From Antedon mediterranea (lineage: Eukaryota > Animalia > Echinodermata), in the NCBI RefSeq assembly GCF_964355755.1, contig NC_092679.1, positions 11,329,432 to 11,393,431 of the forward strand: a stretch of 64,000 nucleotides of DNA. The letters run 5' to 3'. Each line of letters opens with the position of its first letter. Positions within the stretch are counted from its first letter, which is position 1. Positions 35,480-48,175 of this stretch are shown piece after piece. The notes beneath the pieces were generated by a model. That model was not told where the DNA came from, made no database searches, and was given only the letters and a program-made list of their open reading frames with translations. The position numbers and the translations under genes were made by a program.

Positions 35480-38420
35480 GATAACTTTTTTCGTCTGTAA
35501 ATGGTTAAAAATGTGAAAAATAAGTAGATAGACCAAAAAATAACTCCTGGTATTCTTTTTTAACGACATTACTGATCACTTTCCAGTATTCCAAATTCTA
35601 AAAAATTCTCATTCAAATCAAATAAAAAATTTAAAATGTAACAAAAAACATTACTCAAGAAAGATAAACCCAAAAAATATAGCATCTCTAGGGATTAACT
35701 TAATGAACACGAACTGGGACGATGTCTACCAAAATAACTCTGCAAATGAATCCTACAATATTTTTCTCGACAGATTTTCTTCACTATATGATACTCACCT
35801 CCCAAAGACAAGAACTAAAATTAACAAACGTAAACTTTGTAAACCATGGATAACAAAAGGTATAATCAAATCTATAAACACTAGAAATAAATTATATAAA
35901 AAATATATAAAAACACCAAATATGATTAATAAAACCAATTACATTAATACTTACAGAAATAAACTCACACGACTAATAAGAACATCATGTAAGCAACACT
36001 ATACAAATAAGTTTAACGACTATAAAAATAACATTAAAAAAACCTGGAATATAATTAATAACATTCTCTGTAAAAACACCACAAAGACGCTACCTAGTTA
36101 TTTTACAGATAATGGTACAAAAATTACTGACCCATCTCAAATTGCCAATAAATTCAATCGCTATTTTACTGATATTGGACCTAAACTTTCTTCAAAAATT
36201 TCGGCTACTTATGGCAACTTTACTGATTATCTAAGGAATCCCACTCAAAATTCAATTTTCTTCCTACCTACATCTGGTAAAGAGATTCTTGAAATAATTT
36301 CTAATCTAAAAAACAGTAAAAGTGCCAGCCTTGATGATATTGAACCCACGATTATTAAAGAAATTGGACCTTTTATTACCAGACCCCTTACCCACATCTT
36401 TAATCTATCACTAACTAATGGTGTATAAATTTCCATCATCCTTAAAAATCGCCAAAGTAATTCCTATTCATAAAAAAATTGATTCACATTCCTTTGAAAA
36501 CTACCGTCCAATCTCAATTTTGCCTTGCTTTTCTAAAATACTTGAACGCCTTATACAAGACTTTACAACTTTCTTTCTTCACATAAATCTTTTCATGATA
36601 ACCAATATTGCTTCAGACCAAAACATTCTACCGATCTTGCAATCCTTGACATTCAAAGTAAAATCTCTAACGCCTTATCTAAAAACCACCATACTATTAG
36701 CTTATTTTTGGACTTGTCTAAAGCATTTGACACTATTAACCACACAATTCTTTTAACTAAACTAAGTCACTATGGTATCAGCGGAACTCCTCTATCTCTA
36801 CTTTCTAACTATCTTCAAAATAGACAACAAATCACCTCTTTCGGCTCCTACTCCTCAGAAGCTCTTCCCATAACCTGCGGTGTGCCCAAAGGATCAATTC
36901 TTGGTCCTCTACTTTTTCTCATCTATGTCAACGACATTATCAACGCTTCCAACTCTTTTGAATACGTCCTGTTTGCCGACGACACAAACATTTTTTCCTC
37001 CCATCCTGACTACAACACCTTAACCAGAATTTTTAATAAGGAAATAAAACATATCTCACTGGCTTAAACTTAATAGACTCTCACTAAATATAAACAAAAC
37101 TGAATATATACACTTTTCTTCAAATAGAACACGCAATGACAATCAAAACACAATCCATATAGAAAACACTCCTATCAAAAGGGTTACTTATTCTCAGTTC
37201 TTTGGTGTAACTATAGATAATAACTTCAACTGGAAAACCCATATAACAAACCTAATAAAATTTCAAAAAACATCGGTGTCTTTAAACTCCAAAAACGGGC
37301 TATTCGCATTTGTACCAATTCTCACTATATAGCCCACGCAAAGTCCCTTTTCTTTAAACTTAATACCCTAAACATCTTCGATATTAACAAATTACAAATC
37401 GCCACACTTATGCACAGATATTCAAACAATCAACTTCCAAATATAATAATATACAAACATTTCTTCATCAAAAATAATGAATTTCACAACTATAATAAAA
37501 GAAATGCCAACAATTACGCCACAATAAATTTAACCCATAACACAATCCGAAATTCTATCAAATACCATGGTCCTCTAGTATGGAATAATTTAAGTCAATC
37601 CTTACTAAATACTAATAACTTAAATACATTCAAATCCAATTATAAACAATTCCTTTTATCACAATACAGATCGTATTAATACAACTTTTTCATTAAACTT
37701 TTTTTGTTCTCACCTCCTGCAAGTATATATGATAGTACATATACTATACCCTTTATTTTACGTTTGTCCTCTTGTTGTGTTTGTGTTGTCCTGTAGCGTA
37801 ATTGTGTATTTAAAAAAAAATATATATATATATAATATTATTTCTACTACTTTAATTAATATTTAATTATTGTTTATTGTATTTGATACAATTATTAGTG
37901 TATTTTGTACTGGTGAAACCAGGCTTAAAGCTGTATATTGAGCTTATTTGGTCTATTAATGTATTTTGTACTGGTGAAACCAGGCTTAAAGCTGTATATT
38001 GAGCTTATTTGGTCTATTAATGTATTTTGTACTGGTGAAACCAGGCTTAAAGCTGTATATTGAGCTTATTTGGTCTATTAATGTATTTTGTGCTGGTGAA
38101 ACCAGGCTTAAAGCTCTATATTGAGCATATTTGGTCTATTAATGTATTTTGTACTGGTGAAAACAGGCTTAAAGCTCTATATTGAGCATATTTGGTCTAT
38201 TAATGTATTTTGTACTGGTGAAAACAGGCTTAAAGCTCTATATTGAGCTTATTTGGTCTATTAATGTATTTTGTACTGGTGAAACCAGGCTTAAAGCTCT
38301 ATATTGAGCTTATTTGGTCTTTTCCAGGCTTTGCATTTTTTATTTAATACTTTGAATTATATGTAAAACTATTAAGTTTGATGCATTGTGAAATAAAAAC
38401 GAACGAACGAACAAACGAAA
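35480..38420 (+). mobile_element. Degenerate non-LTR retrotransposon (L2/CR1 group), 5'-truncated
   Basis: ORF2 fragments: DHFPVF (end of endonuclease), KPWITKGI, AKVIPIHK...NYRPISILPCFSKILE, DLSKAFDTINH, CGVPKGSILGPLLFLIYVND, LFADDT; several frameshifts; ends aataaaaac(gaac)n at ~38400-38418. Confidence 0.9.
37899..38320 (+). repeat. Tandem array, 7 x 61 bp, in the LINE 3' UTR
   Basis: Unit tgtattttgtactggtgaaaccaggcttaaagct(g/c)tatattgagcttatttggtctattaa. Confidence 0.95.
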
Positions 38421-38564
38421 ATAATCTAGGGCCTAGCCTAGGCTAGATAGATATTATTATATTAGATTAATACAGCAAAATAAAAAAAATAAATAAATAT
38501 ATTTAAAATTATTTTATTTTTTAACAATTCGCTTCGTGTGGACTTTTTGCATTCCATACTTTAA

Positions 38565-38910
38565 TGGGGCCGATTTGATCGATAGTTTTTGGCCGAGTAT
38601 GGCTTGAGGCCAAGTATGGCTTGAGGCCGAGTGGACGTAAGGCCGAGTGGACGTGAGTCCGAGGACCTGAGGTCGAGTGGACGTGTGGCCGAGTTGACGT
38701 GGGGCTGACTGACTACTCGGTTCCTACTAAAGATTCAACACAAAGACGTAACACAACATAAATGAGTTGACCAATCACAAACGATGGATTATTTGAACTG
38801 TCGCTTGTCATTTGACTACACGCTTTGAGTTGTGTTTACATTGCGTAAGTGGGAACCAAGCTTTAGGGCCGACTTGAACGAGGCAGAGACGGTTTAGGGC
38901 CGAGTTGGAT
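38565..38910. repeat. Degenerate ~15-bp tandem repeat (ggccgagtggacgt) interrupted by a Harbinger-like MITE at ~38718-38864
   Basis: Repeat units directly visible; the insert ends gtgggaaccaagcttta, like the copy at 55563-55687. Confidence 0.6.
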
Positions 38911-39061
38911 CGAATTCCTAGAGGCCTACTAGACGCCTACTAGGCCGAGTGCAGTATAGTAACAGTAGTTCTAGTAGTACAGTACTACATAATACTAGTA
39001 GGCTAGTAGTAGTAGTAGTAGTAGAAAGTCGATCCCTCATTGGAACTAGGCTAGGTAGGCC

Positions 39062-40161
39062 GGTTTACGATGAAATCGGTTGCGTCTGAAATCGGTCGCG
39101 TTTGAAATCGGTCGCGATAAAATCAACTGCCAGTATTTTGTATGGCGCGCCGCTAGAGATATACGTTTGAAATCGGTCGCGTTTGAAATCGGTCGCGCTA
39201 TTTTGTATGGAGCGAGATGCATGCTAGCGGGATTTACATTTTCTTCGTTTATATAGTCTAGATTTAATTGATATTCTTTAGGATTATTTATGTGGATATT
39301 TTTTATTTCGGTTAATAAATATTTATAATCAATAATTTTTTTTTTATTTCACAGGTCTCGGAGAAGGACTGTGTCTTTTCAAAATGGCCATTTCTAAACA
39401 CGTTTAAATATTTTATTAGGCATATAATAATTTACCTCTATTTTATTATGTACTGTAATTAATATATTATACTGTATAGAGAATATACGTCTGTCTTTTA
39501 TTAATATTATGCAAACAATTACGTAAAAGAGAACAATTTATTTAAAAATTGTTACAATGTATAGCCCGTAAAGCCTGTACGATCGTTTGTCCCTAGCCAT
39601 GTAAAGATGACGTATAGGCCTATTACTAATAACCATACGTTTGAAACATCATGGTGAAACGATGTATATAATTTACGTATACGTCGGCGATACTATAGTT
39701 TTTAATTTGAATATCTTTTATTTCTTCATTTATAATAATCACTTATGTAAATAATTAAGTACCACTCAGTGTCTTACATCCGTACGCCGTTCGTAAATCT
39801 AAATGTTTAAATATCAGTGCAAGATTACCTCTTTCAGAATCGTGCCCACCTTTATTATCCATCCATTATTATTCTCACATCTAGGCCTATCATTGTAGTA
39901 CAGCATACTGCATATAGTCCTACTGTATAGGCCCGGTAGATTGATTTATAACGGCATATTATTTTATTAGTATTATCCTAAAACCATGCTCACGTAAGAG
40001 TGGCGGATATCGAACGTAAAAATCATCGTCATACATAATCTTCCTTTATTGCATATTGACCTATATCATTAAACGTATAGCTCTAGCGGCGCGCCATACA
40101 AAATACCGGAAGATGATTTTATCGCGACCGATTTCAAACGCGACCGATTTCATCTGACACC
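39062..40161. mobile_element. Non-autonomous TIR element, GG...CC termini, 8-bp TSD
   Basis: Subterminal gaaatcggtcgcgttt repeats mirrored at 40120-40152; ggtaggcc on both flanks; related fragment at ~63765-63920. Confidence 0.75.
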
Positions 40162-40193
40162 GGTAGGCCTACAGTACTACTGGATAGGCTAGG

Positions 40194-40211
40194 CATGGAG
40201 GTACCTCCATG
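40194..40211. mobile_element. 18-bp perfect palindrome with 7-bp TSD (P-like footprint candidate)
   Basis: ggctagg [catggaggtacctccatg] ggctagg. Confidence 0.6.
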
Positions 40212-41257
40212 GGCTAGGCTAGTTAATGAATGAGATGGTGTCGCAACAATCAAAATGATTTAGTTAGGCTGCTAAGCCCAGCAAACACGACGCGCGATGG
40301 ATCATCGTAAATTATTGAAAATCAAAATTTGATTGAATCTATCTTACCTTATTAAAATACCAAGAACTTAGAAGTCAATAAACAGATCTAGGCCTAGGCT
40401 AGGCTATTATTATTGTTGTTATGCTAGTCGTCAGTGAGTAGAGAGTAGAACTGCAAAACCTTTGCTTTTTGACAGTTGTGCTGTTCGCGTACATCCGTCG
40501 TACCGTATGTTTATTCTTAGAAATGATCACTGTGTTTGGGATGTGATTGGTCCTTGACCATTACGAAAAGTACAAGAAAAGGCATGACTCTGTGCTGTTG
40601 TGAATATGGAATCGTAATAAGCAAACTCTTATTATGTTCAATATTTATTAGGGAATTTCCCACTTTGAAAGAAAATATTAAAAAGTGTATGGAACGCCAA
40701 CACGGCAATAAAAAAGGCAACGACAACAATAATAATATTTATATTGTTGTTTTATATACATTTTCTGACGGGTTTAGTCGAAAAAAAGTACAGTATCGAG
40801 GATTCGTACTACCAACAGGGCCAGCTACATAGGCCTCCTACAAATATCGTCTAACCTACAAACAGGTCAACACACATAAACTGCGGAATTTGTTAGTTTA
40901 GTGACTCTCGGTTATCTGTATTATAATTGATATGAAAGTAAAACAATTTTTGTATGAAACATATACTATGAGGACCAACATCTTGTCAAAATATTTAGGA
41001 TCAGGTGCCGTTTTCGGTCACCTCGACTTTAGTAGTAATAATACAGTACTACAATGACGTGCATTTGTATTGTAATATTCTTTAAATACATGAGAGACGT
41101 TTCTAGTAACACAATGCTTTTATTCTCTAGTTATTCGACATCATTGTTATCACAATCATTCGTGAGGTCTTCTATACTGAAGCCATGTTTTAGAGGACCT
41201 CACTAATGATTGTGATAACAATGATGTCGAATAACTAGAGAATAAAAGCATTGTGTT

Positions 41258-42143
41258 TATACTTGATTGTCAGATCATATCCTTGTAGTCTCATTAGTAG
41301 TCTTTGTAGTCTTGGTGGTGCACACATTAGATTTTTTAGTTGGATCATCTCTAACGGTTTGTGGTCTGATTCCACAATGAATGAGTTTCCATACACATAT
41401 GTGTGGAACTTCTCTACTGCGTATACTACCGCCAGTAGTTCTCTTTCAATGTTCGCATATCTTTGTTCCGCTTCTGTTAATGCCTTTGATGTAAACGCAA
41501 CAACTTTTTCGTCTTGTATGAGTGCTGCTCCCACTCCAATCAGGGATGCATCCACTTGTAGTTTCAACTTTTTGTTAGGTTGGAAATAGGTCAGTGTTGT
41601 CTGGTTACATATTGTTGACTTTATCTCTTCGAATGCTTTTTGTTGTGAGCCATTCCATTCAAATACATTATCTTTTTTCAGAAGTTCTCGGAGGGGTGCT
41701 GTTTTGTCTGACAGCTTGGGACAGAAGGGACTCATATACGTGGCGATGCCTAGGAAACTTTGTAACTCTTTAACATTCGTTGGTGGTTTTATTTTGCTGA
41801 TGGCTTCAATGCGCTTTGGGTCAGCATGTACTCCATCTTTATCATATATCATACCAAAGAAATTTATTTGCGGTCGCTTTATTTCACATTTCTCTGCATT
41901 GAATACAAGCCCATATTCTCTAGCGGTTTCCATCAGGTCCATTAAGTTTCGATCATGTTCTTCTTCTGTTTTCCCAAATACAGCAACGTCATCTGCGATG
42001 CCTGTGGCTCCGATGCATTTCTCCAATACGGTATTTGATCCATCTTATGTTGAAAAACGTCTTGGCTGACATTCAGTCCAAATGGTAATCTTAGGAATCT
42101 GAATCTTCCAAACCCTGGAGTGTTAAATGTGGTAAGATAACTG
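41258..42143 (-). pseudogene. Gypsy pol fragment (RT C-terminal half + RNase H)
   Basis: YLTTFNTP...FRFLRLPFGL, IADDVAVFG, LQSFLGIATY, LQVDASLIGVGAAL, YANIERELLAV, SDHKPL, RLQRLLMRLQGYD; 5-nt insertion near 42030 breaks the frame; truncated before integrase. Confidence 0.9.
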
Positions 42144-42226
42144 GATTCCTAAGATTACCATTTGGACTGAATGTCAGCCAAGACGTTTTTCAACATAAGA
42201 TGGATCAAATATTGGAGAAATGCATC

Positions 42227-43238
42227 TCTCTAATATATATATGTAATATATTACCCTCTGCACCTGTATCTACTTTTACTTTCAGGAAAGTTGGTTTGTT
42301 ACGGTTTATTTCAATTTTGACATTTGTGAACACTTCTGTGTCACCATCTTTAGCGTTTATCTGGCTTATTTTAATTGCTTCAAATGTAATATTAGATTCA
42401 TCTTCACTGTCGCAATCGCTATCATTGCTTTTGTTTATACCATGCACGTTTCTCTTACTTCTGTTAGGTGCATTTATATATTTGCCCTTTTGTTTGTCAT
42501 TACGTTTTGACCTACATGCTCTACTAAAATGATTTTTCCTACCACAATTATTGCAGGACATGCCAAAAGCTGGACATTTACCATATTCATGTGATCTAGT
42601 GCATCTTGAGCATGGTTTACTTTTATCTCTATTTTTGGTTCTATCATGTTTATAATTATTAGACATACCTAATTGATCTACCGCTACTTGGTGATCAGTT
42701 TTGAGCTCTTTCCCTAAGTTTCTCGACGCTTCTGATGCCTTACATATTTTCATGCACTTATCTAAATTTAAATCATCTTCTCTAAGCAATCGTTCACGCA
42801 ATTGATTGTCCAATAGTCCACAAACAATTCTATCCCTGATGAGGGATTCCTCAATTTCTCCAAACTCACATGTCTTGCTCTTGTTCTTTAGGTCGGTCAC
42901 ATATTGGTCTATCTTCTCACCTGGTATCTGGTTTCGTGAAAAGAAAGTGTGTCGTTCAAATGTAATGTTTTTCTTGGGGTTGCAATATTCCTCAACTTTG
43001 TGCATAACTGTGTTTAATCTCATCTTCTCAGCTTCATTTTCAAATTTAAATGCGTTATATACATCTAAGCCTTGTTGCCCAATAGTATGGAGTAGTAATG
43101 ACGTTTGCGTTTCACTTGGTTTTCGTGACATTCCACTGGCAATGTTATATAGTTCAAATCTCTGTTTGAATCTCTTCCAATTCTCGGATATGTTGCCTGT
43201 CGATATATTTATTGGTTCTGGCTGATTTAGGTTCGCCA
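42227..43238 (-). pseudogene. Gypsy gag with two zinc knuckles and start of the aspartic protease (open frame, truncated)
   Basis: NWKRFKQRF, ERHTFFSRNQ, LIRDRIVCG, CSRC...H...C, CNNCGRKNHFSRAC, VDTGAEGN. Confidence 0.88.
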
Positions 43239-43476
43239 TGATCAATATTAATTTTTTAATATTGTCAGTTGTTGTATACAGTGGTAACAAAATGTGTATG
43301 GGCTATTTTTTGCCTTCTGCTATCCGAATACAAAATCCAATTCAGTTCTCTCCGCACGTCACGTGTGTACTCTCAACAACACGTTTTACTATTCTATTCG
43401 TGCGGCGGCGTGTACGCTAGCCTATTTATTCTTCTAGCCTAGTATAGCTTATCGATTGACTTTATTATATGTTTCA

Positions 43477-43494
43477 ATCCCACCGCTGCCACCA
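43477..43494 (-). other. Primer-binding site complementary to the tRNA-Leu 3' end
   Basis: TGGTGGCAGCGGTGGGAT immediately after the 5' LTR; tRNA-Leu ends ...AUCCCACCGCUGCCACCA. Confidence 0.85.
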
Positions 43495-44008
43495 TGTAAT
43501 ATTCTTTAAATACATGAGAGACGTTTCTAGTAACACAATGCTTTTATTCTCTAGTTATTCGACAGTATGACGTACTTGGCGTTTCATAGATTCTATTGGC
43601 GGCCGCTTTCGCTCGCGGCCGCTTTGGTTTAGTATACAATTAATTATAATAAGATGGGAAAATAGGGATGTCCCATGTATTAGTTTAGACGTGTAGTGTG
43701 CTGATTTGGTAAAATACTGCTTCTTTTTGTGCCTTATGTTTCAGCAACAAACGGACAACAACTATACGCCATGCACGCTGCAGAATTAATTGCAGTTTTC
43801 AATTAATACTTTTTACGCTTTATTTCTATATAATTTTCACGCTGCTATATCAAGCAGACGTTATATAGTAGTTCTAGAGGGGCTGACATTTTTTAGATTT
43901 TGTAAACTAGGACGGGTCATGCTCAAATTACAAACCCCAAAGCACGTCTGGGAGAAGAAAGTCTATAAAAACATTTGCTGATATATATATCTCGGTTGGG
44001 GCAACTTT

Positions 44009-44229
44009 TTCTCATTCTCCCAGATTTCCTCTTCTTTATCGTTTCAAAAATTAATTAAATAATTTTCAGTGTATCACCGGGCGGTTTGGAATTTATTTCT
44101 ATGCCTGTTGTGTTTATATATATAAACAAATCAGGCAAAGAACATTAATTCTAAACCGCCCGGTGATATACTGAAATTTCATTAATTAATTTGAAACGAT
44201 AAAGATGAGGAAATCTGTGAGAATGAGAA
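44009..44229. repeat. ~220-bp imperfect palindrome (fold-back element)
   Basis: ttctcattctc.cagatttcctc...atcaccgggcggttt mirrored by aaaccgcccggtgat...gaggaaatctg.gagaatgagaa, with a (TA)n centre. Confidence 0.8.
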
Positions 44230-45275
44230 CTCGAACCGCCTGCTTGATATGCAGATGTCCTAACCATTAGACCACTGGGGCTTTACTTTATTTAGACACG
44301 AGACTGATGTGCAGTGCAACGCGTTCAATCAATATTGATTGTTTTTACCAGTTCGTGATATTACAATAAAACCAACACCATATAAAAATACGACAAAAAA
44401 GATAGACAAGATTGAAATTGAAAAGAAAAAAAACCTTTATGATAAATACAGTATTATTGAGATGCGTGTAATCTGTAAATAATCTTATTTAATAAATAAT
44501 GACTTTGTTCTTGTTGTCAACCTAGGCCAGTATTATAATAATTCACTATCAAATAATAAAAACATTATTTTAGCTGTCTAGGCTGAAATCTAGACCGAAA
44601 TTATAATACTGTGATTCGCTGTCAGATAATTATTGAATTATTATCAAAACAGTTCATATAATAGTAAAGTTTTTGTTTGTAATACAATACAATTTGTTTA
44701 CACTTGAAGCATCTACTTGATGAAGTGACCTTAGCAATAAAATAAACTAAAGTGAGTCTGTTTAGTGGTCTAATTGGCTTTAATATTATTTGGACATCAT
44801 TTTTAATAATTATATCATCAGTATTTTTAAATTGCACAATATGACATATCAAAGTATGAATTCTTGTTGTATTTTACTTCAAATACAAAATTTATTTACT
44901 TCTGTAACAAAAAAAATAATATTTATTTACTTTAAAAAAAAAGAACAGAAACGTTTAATTATAACACACACACAAGTCACAAATCAGTTTATTTGATCCT
45001 GTAATATAATGATATACTTTTATAATTAAGGATCAACCTTTGTATTAGAATTCAAATAAGTTCACAAACTTGGCCCAGAAAGTCCAGAGGAGAGTTTGTC
45101 CAGGTGTTTTAAAAGTCCATTTAGTTTATAATTGAACCCCTAAAGAAAACACTTAGCTTAACCTTACGACCTCTCCCATCGTTAAACCAGGAGAGATTGA
45201 CAATATTTAAGTACAGATTTGACAGTGTTATCCATCATTGAAATACCTTTTATACCGTTAATCACCTCTACTTAA

Positions 45276-45824
45276 AGATGTATTGTCCCTTTGACCAATT
45301 CCAAAAAAAAAAAAAAAAATAAAGATTTCGAAAAAAAAGTGGGTCATTTTGAAGTATCATAATAGTTATTAACTTTCACCAAAAATTAGTCGGAAAAAAA
45401 AAATCATTTAACTGAAATACAGACGTTTTTTTGTAAAAAAAATAACTTTGACTTCCAGTCAAAGTTTTTGATCAAAACATATCTCATAATGCAACGCGCT
45501 TGTTTGGCTACTCTGTAAGCATAATCATAACACTTCCTCGCGATCTGTGTGAGAACACCTTCTCAACCGTGACGAGTTGTAAACAATCCTAATTAGCATC
45601 ATGCATAATGCATACTCATGGTTTGAAATCTTTGTTTACTTTCATTTTGACGATTTTCCAGACGAAATGTAATCAAATTAATTTACCTCTTAATTACGTA
45701 AACTTGATGTTTTTGGCTCAAATTTTCGACTTAAAGTGAATAACTTTAATATTACTTTGATATGACCAATTTAAATTAAGAATATTTTGACTTCATTTTT
45801 TGTGTTTCAAGGGACAATACATCT
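45276..45824. mobile_element. Kolobok-like MITE (TTAA TSD)
   Basis: ttaa|AGATGTATTGTCCCTT...AAGGGACAATACATCT|ttaa; partial ends also at ~46561 and ~50705. Confidence 0.8.
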
Positions 45825-45919
45825 TTAAACACCCCTGGATTAACTTAGGACCAATCATTAGCTCCATAAATGACGTAATGACATTATGCTAATGAACTGA
45901 GCCAATATACCCCCAAGTT

Positions 45920-46120
45920 TCAGAAGAACATCCACACCTCACAGCCACTTCTTCGGAAGAACATCTACACCTCACAGCCACTTCTTCAGAAGAACATCCA
46001 CACCTCACAGCCACTTCTCCAGAAGCAGACCAACACACCTCACAGCCACTTCTTCGGAAGAACATCTACACCTCACACAGCCACTTCTCCAGAAGCAGAC
46101 CTACACACCTCACACCTCAC
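45920..46120 (+). repeat. ~33-bp tandem repeat, possibly within a solo LTR (~45000-46257)
   Basis: gaagaacatc.acacctcacagccacttct about 6 times; followed by aataaa and ...cctcataaca. No TSD found for the putative LTR. Confidence 0.7.
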
Positions 46121-47527
46121 CGACAGCATCATCGTATCCTCCGTTTCTGTTTCTCATTGTATTGTCTTGAGTATATAACGTATTATTGAATAAACAATAT
46201 ATGTGTTATTACAGTCAAGCGAGTAGAGTCCTCTTTACAAGTCAGGAACCTCATAACACTATATTACACAATCCATAAAGAAAAAAAAATACAAAGCAAA
46301 AAATATACAAAAGGAGCAGGGAGGCTTCCATTAAGGCCAAAAGCCGCATGCACCCGAACATTTTAAATAATATATAATTCTGTATAATAATAATATAACC
46401 CCAAAACCATTATCTGACAGACAATTTAAATATTTTTTTGCTTTTAGGTAAATGATTGTTTAGTTAACGTGAATTAACATTCAAAAACAAATTTGAATAA
46501 CTATTATGTGACAATAAAATGACATTAAAAAACAAATTTGAAATAAAAAATATTTTTCAGAGGGACAATATATCTTTAAAACTATTAAGTCAACAAGCGA
46601 GCAGCGTTTTTTGTAAGAAATTTTTCTTGTTTAGGTATCCTTCCCTGGATATGGACATGGATTTTCTAAGGTGGGTATTGAATAATTTGTAACGATTTTA
46701 TAGATACAGAAAGTATAAAGAAATTAGTTTTTATTCCAGTTACAAATAACAAACATAATTCTAAATCTAACAATAACGGTAGCATATTTAATAAAGATGA
46801 CAGTAGTACATTAATAAGATCATACTGATTATTAGGTAATCAGTAAAACAAATAATATTATAATTGTGCCAATGAATCTGTACCATTTTGTTCTCAGCAA
46901 CACAGAACGTTTGATAAACGTAATCGAAATGTTTGAAATTACGTTTTTTAGGTTTGGTTTTTCTAAAACGTTTTAAACACTTTTTTAAACGTTTCTGCGT
47001 AGAATAATAATACTAATAACTTTATTGTATCTCTTTTTTAACAGGGGCACTATCCACAAGGGATGTGCAACAAAATAATATAATAGTACACAACTATAAT
47101 AGTAAACACTTAATTGATTACAATATAAATGAAAGTACAAGTGATTAAAAAGGAAAAATAAAACAATACTGAAATTAAAGTACAAATTAAGGTAAAAAGT
47201 ACTACATATTTAAATATTTAAATATGTAGTACAAAAATCAATCATGTAATTTAAAAGTATTATAAATTTCATTGTGTTCTTCCCATGCAATTGTTAAGAA
47301 TAGTTTACAAAACGTTGTGCAAGTGCAAATGCAAGTCTGCCCTGCTCATGCACATTGTGACTTTCTGAGGCGCACACTATATTAATATTCACACAGCACA
47401 AAGTTCCATTTTGTAGCTTACAAATATTTCAAAGTAAAGGAATACTCCGTGTATAACAAAGTCAATGGCCGTAAATAGTTCCGAATTCTGGACATAAATT
47501 TCCCATTTTGGACAAATCAGATTTCTC

Positions 47528-48175
47528 TGTTTTTAGTCGCGTGGAAGCGACTCTATAGTTCACTATGTCGGTCTGTCGGTCTGCCTGTCGGTCCGGTATC
47601 ACTATGCGTTTTATCGCTTTCTGACCTTATCTTGATATCAGTTTAATCTAGCTAAGTCAATTTTTCACAGTATATTCCTTATGGCCAGGAATCGATGTGG
47701 TTTTGTTTTCACGGTGCGCAATAAAAAATTACGCGGTCTACGCACGATTTAACAAAATCACCTTTGCAATCATATCTTCACAACCATGAATCACAATTAA
47801 ATAAAATTTGGTACTCATAAATTTCAGGGCATAAATCATCATATGGCAATACAATTACGTGCGTAGCGCATGTAACGCATGCGTACGCGCGCTTAAAATT
47901 CTCAAAATTTATTTTCGATGAAATAAGAGTACGTTTCAGGCAATTTTAAGCGTTTACAAAGATTTCTGTTTTCTTGACTTACTTTTCAACTCGAAATTAC
48001 GTTATACGAGCACGTCAAAAGTGACAGGCTACGCACATGTAAATTAAAAAAATATAACTGTTTTTAAACATTTCAACATTTTTAAACATGTTCAGTAATT
48101 TCAGTCAGTTGGTAGGTTGATCGGTCGGTCGGTAAACACTAAGCACGCGACTGCAGCCATCTATATGGCCTTGTT
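47528..48175 (+). mobile_element. Helentron-associated (DINE-1-like) non-autonomous element
   Basis: tttttAGTCGCGTG subterminal inverted repeat, GTCG/GTCT microsatellite, CACGCGACT near the 3' end followed by hairpin gccat ctat atggc; T-rich flanks, no TSD. Confidence 0.72.

Larger units (their letters stand above)
41071..43564 (-). mobile_element. Gypsy (Mag-like) LTR retrotransposon deletion derivative, 2.5 kb
   Basis: Identical 70-bp TG...CA direct repeats at 41071-41140 and 43495-43564 containing AATAAA on the minus strand; 4-bp TSD gtat; PBS; gag, protease and RT/RNase H fragments; no integrase. Confidence 0.93.

Noticed and set aside
37899-38320. Tandem hammerhead ribozymes (ctggtga...aaagctc)
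   Set aside because: The core deviates (CUGGUGA, UAAA), no stem II can form, and a LINE 3' stem-loop explains the unit.
40348-40480. Non-coding first exon/promoter of cpRAS (aag|gtaagat donor on the minus strand)
   Set aside because: Plausible because an acceptor precedes the ATG exon at 34095, but a lone donor motif is not enough evidence without transcripts.
41251-43225. Plus-strand ORFs of 110-139 aa over the Gypsy element, and similar antisense ORFs over the Rho and cpRAS exons
   Set aside because: Antisense shadows of real coding sequence with no recognisable motifs.
43477-43494. tRNA-Leu gene
   Set aside because: Only the 3' 18 nt including CCA are present, adjacent to an LTR; it is a PBS.
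45000-46257. Solo LTR (tgtaat...cataaca)
   Set aside because: TG...CA ends and AATAAA are present but I found no matching TSD; left boundary uncertain.
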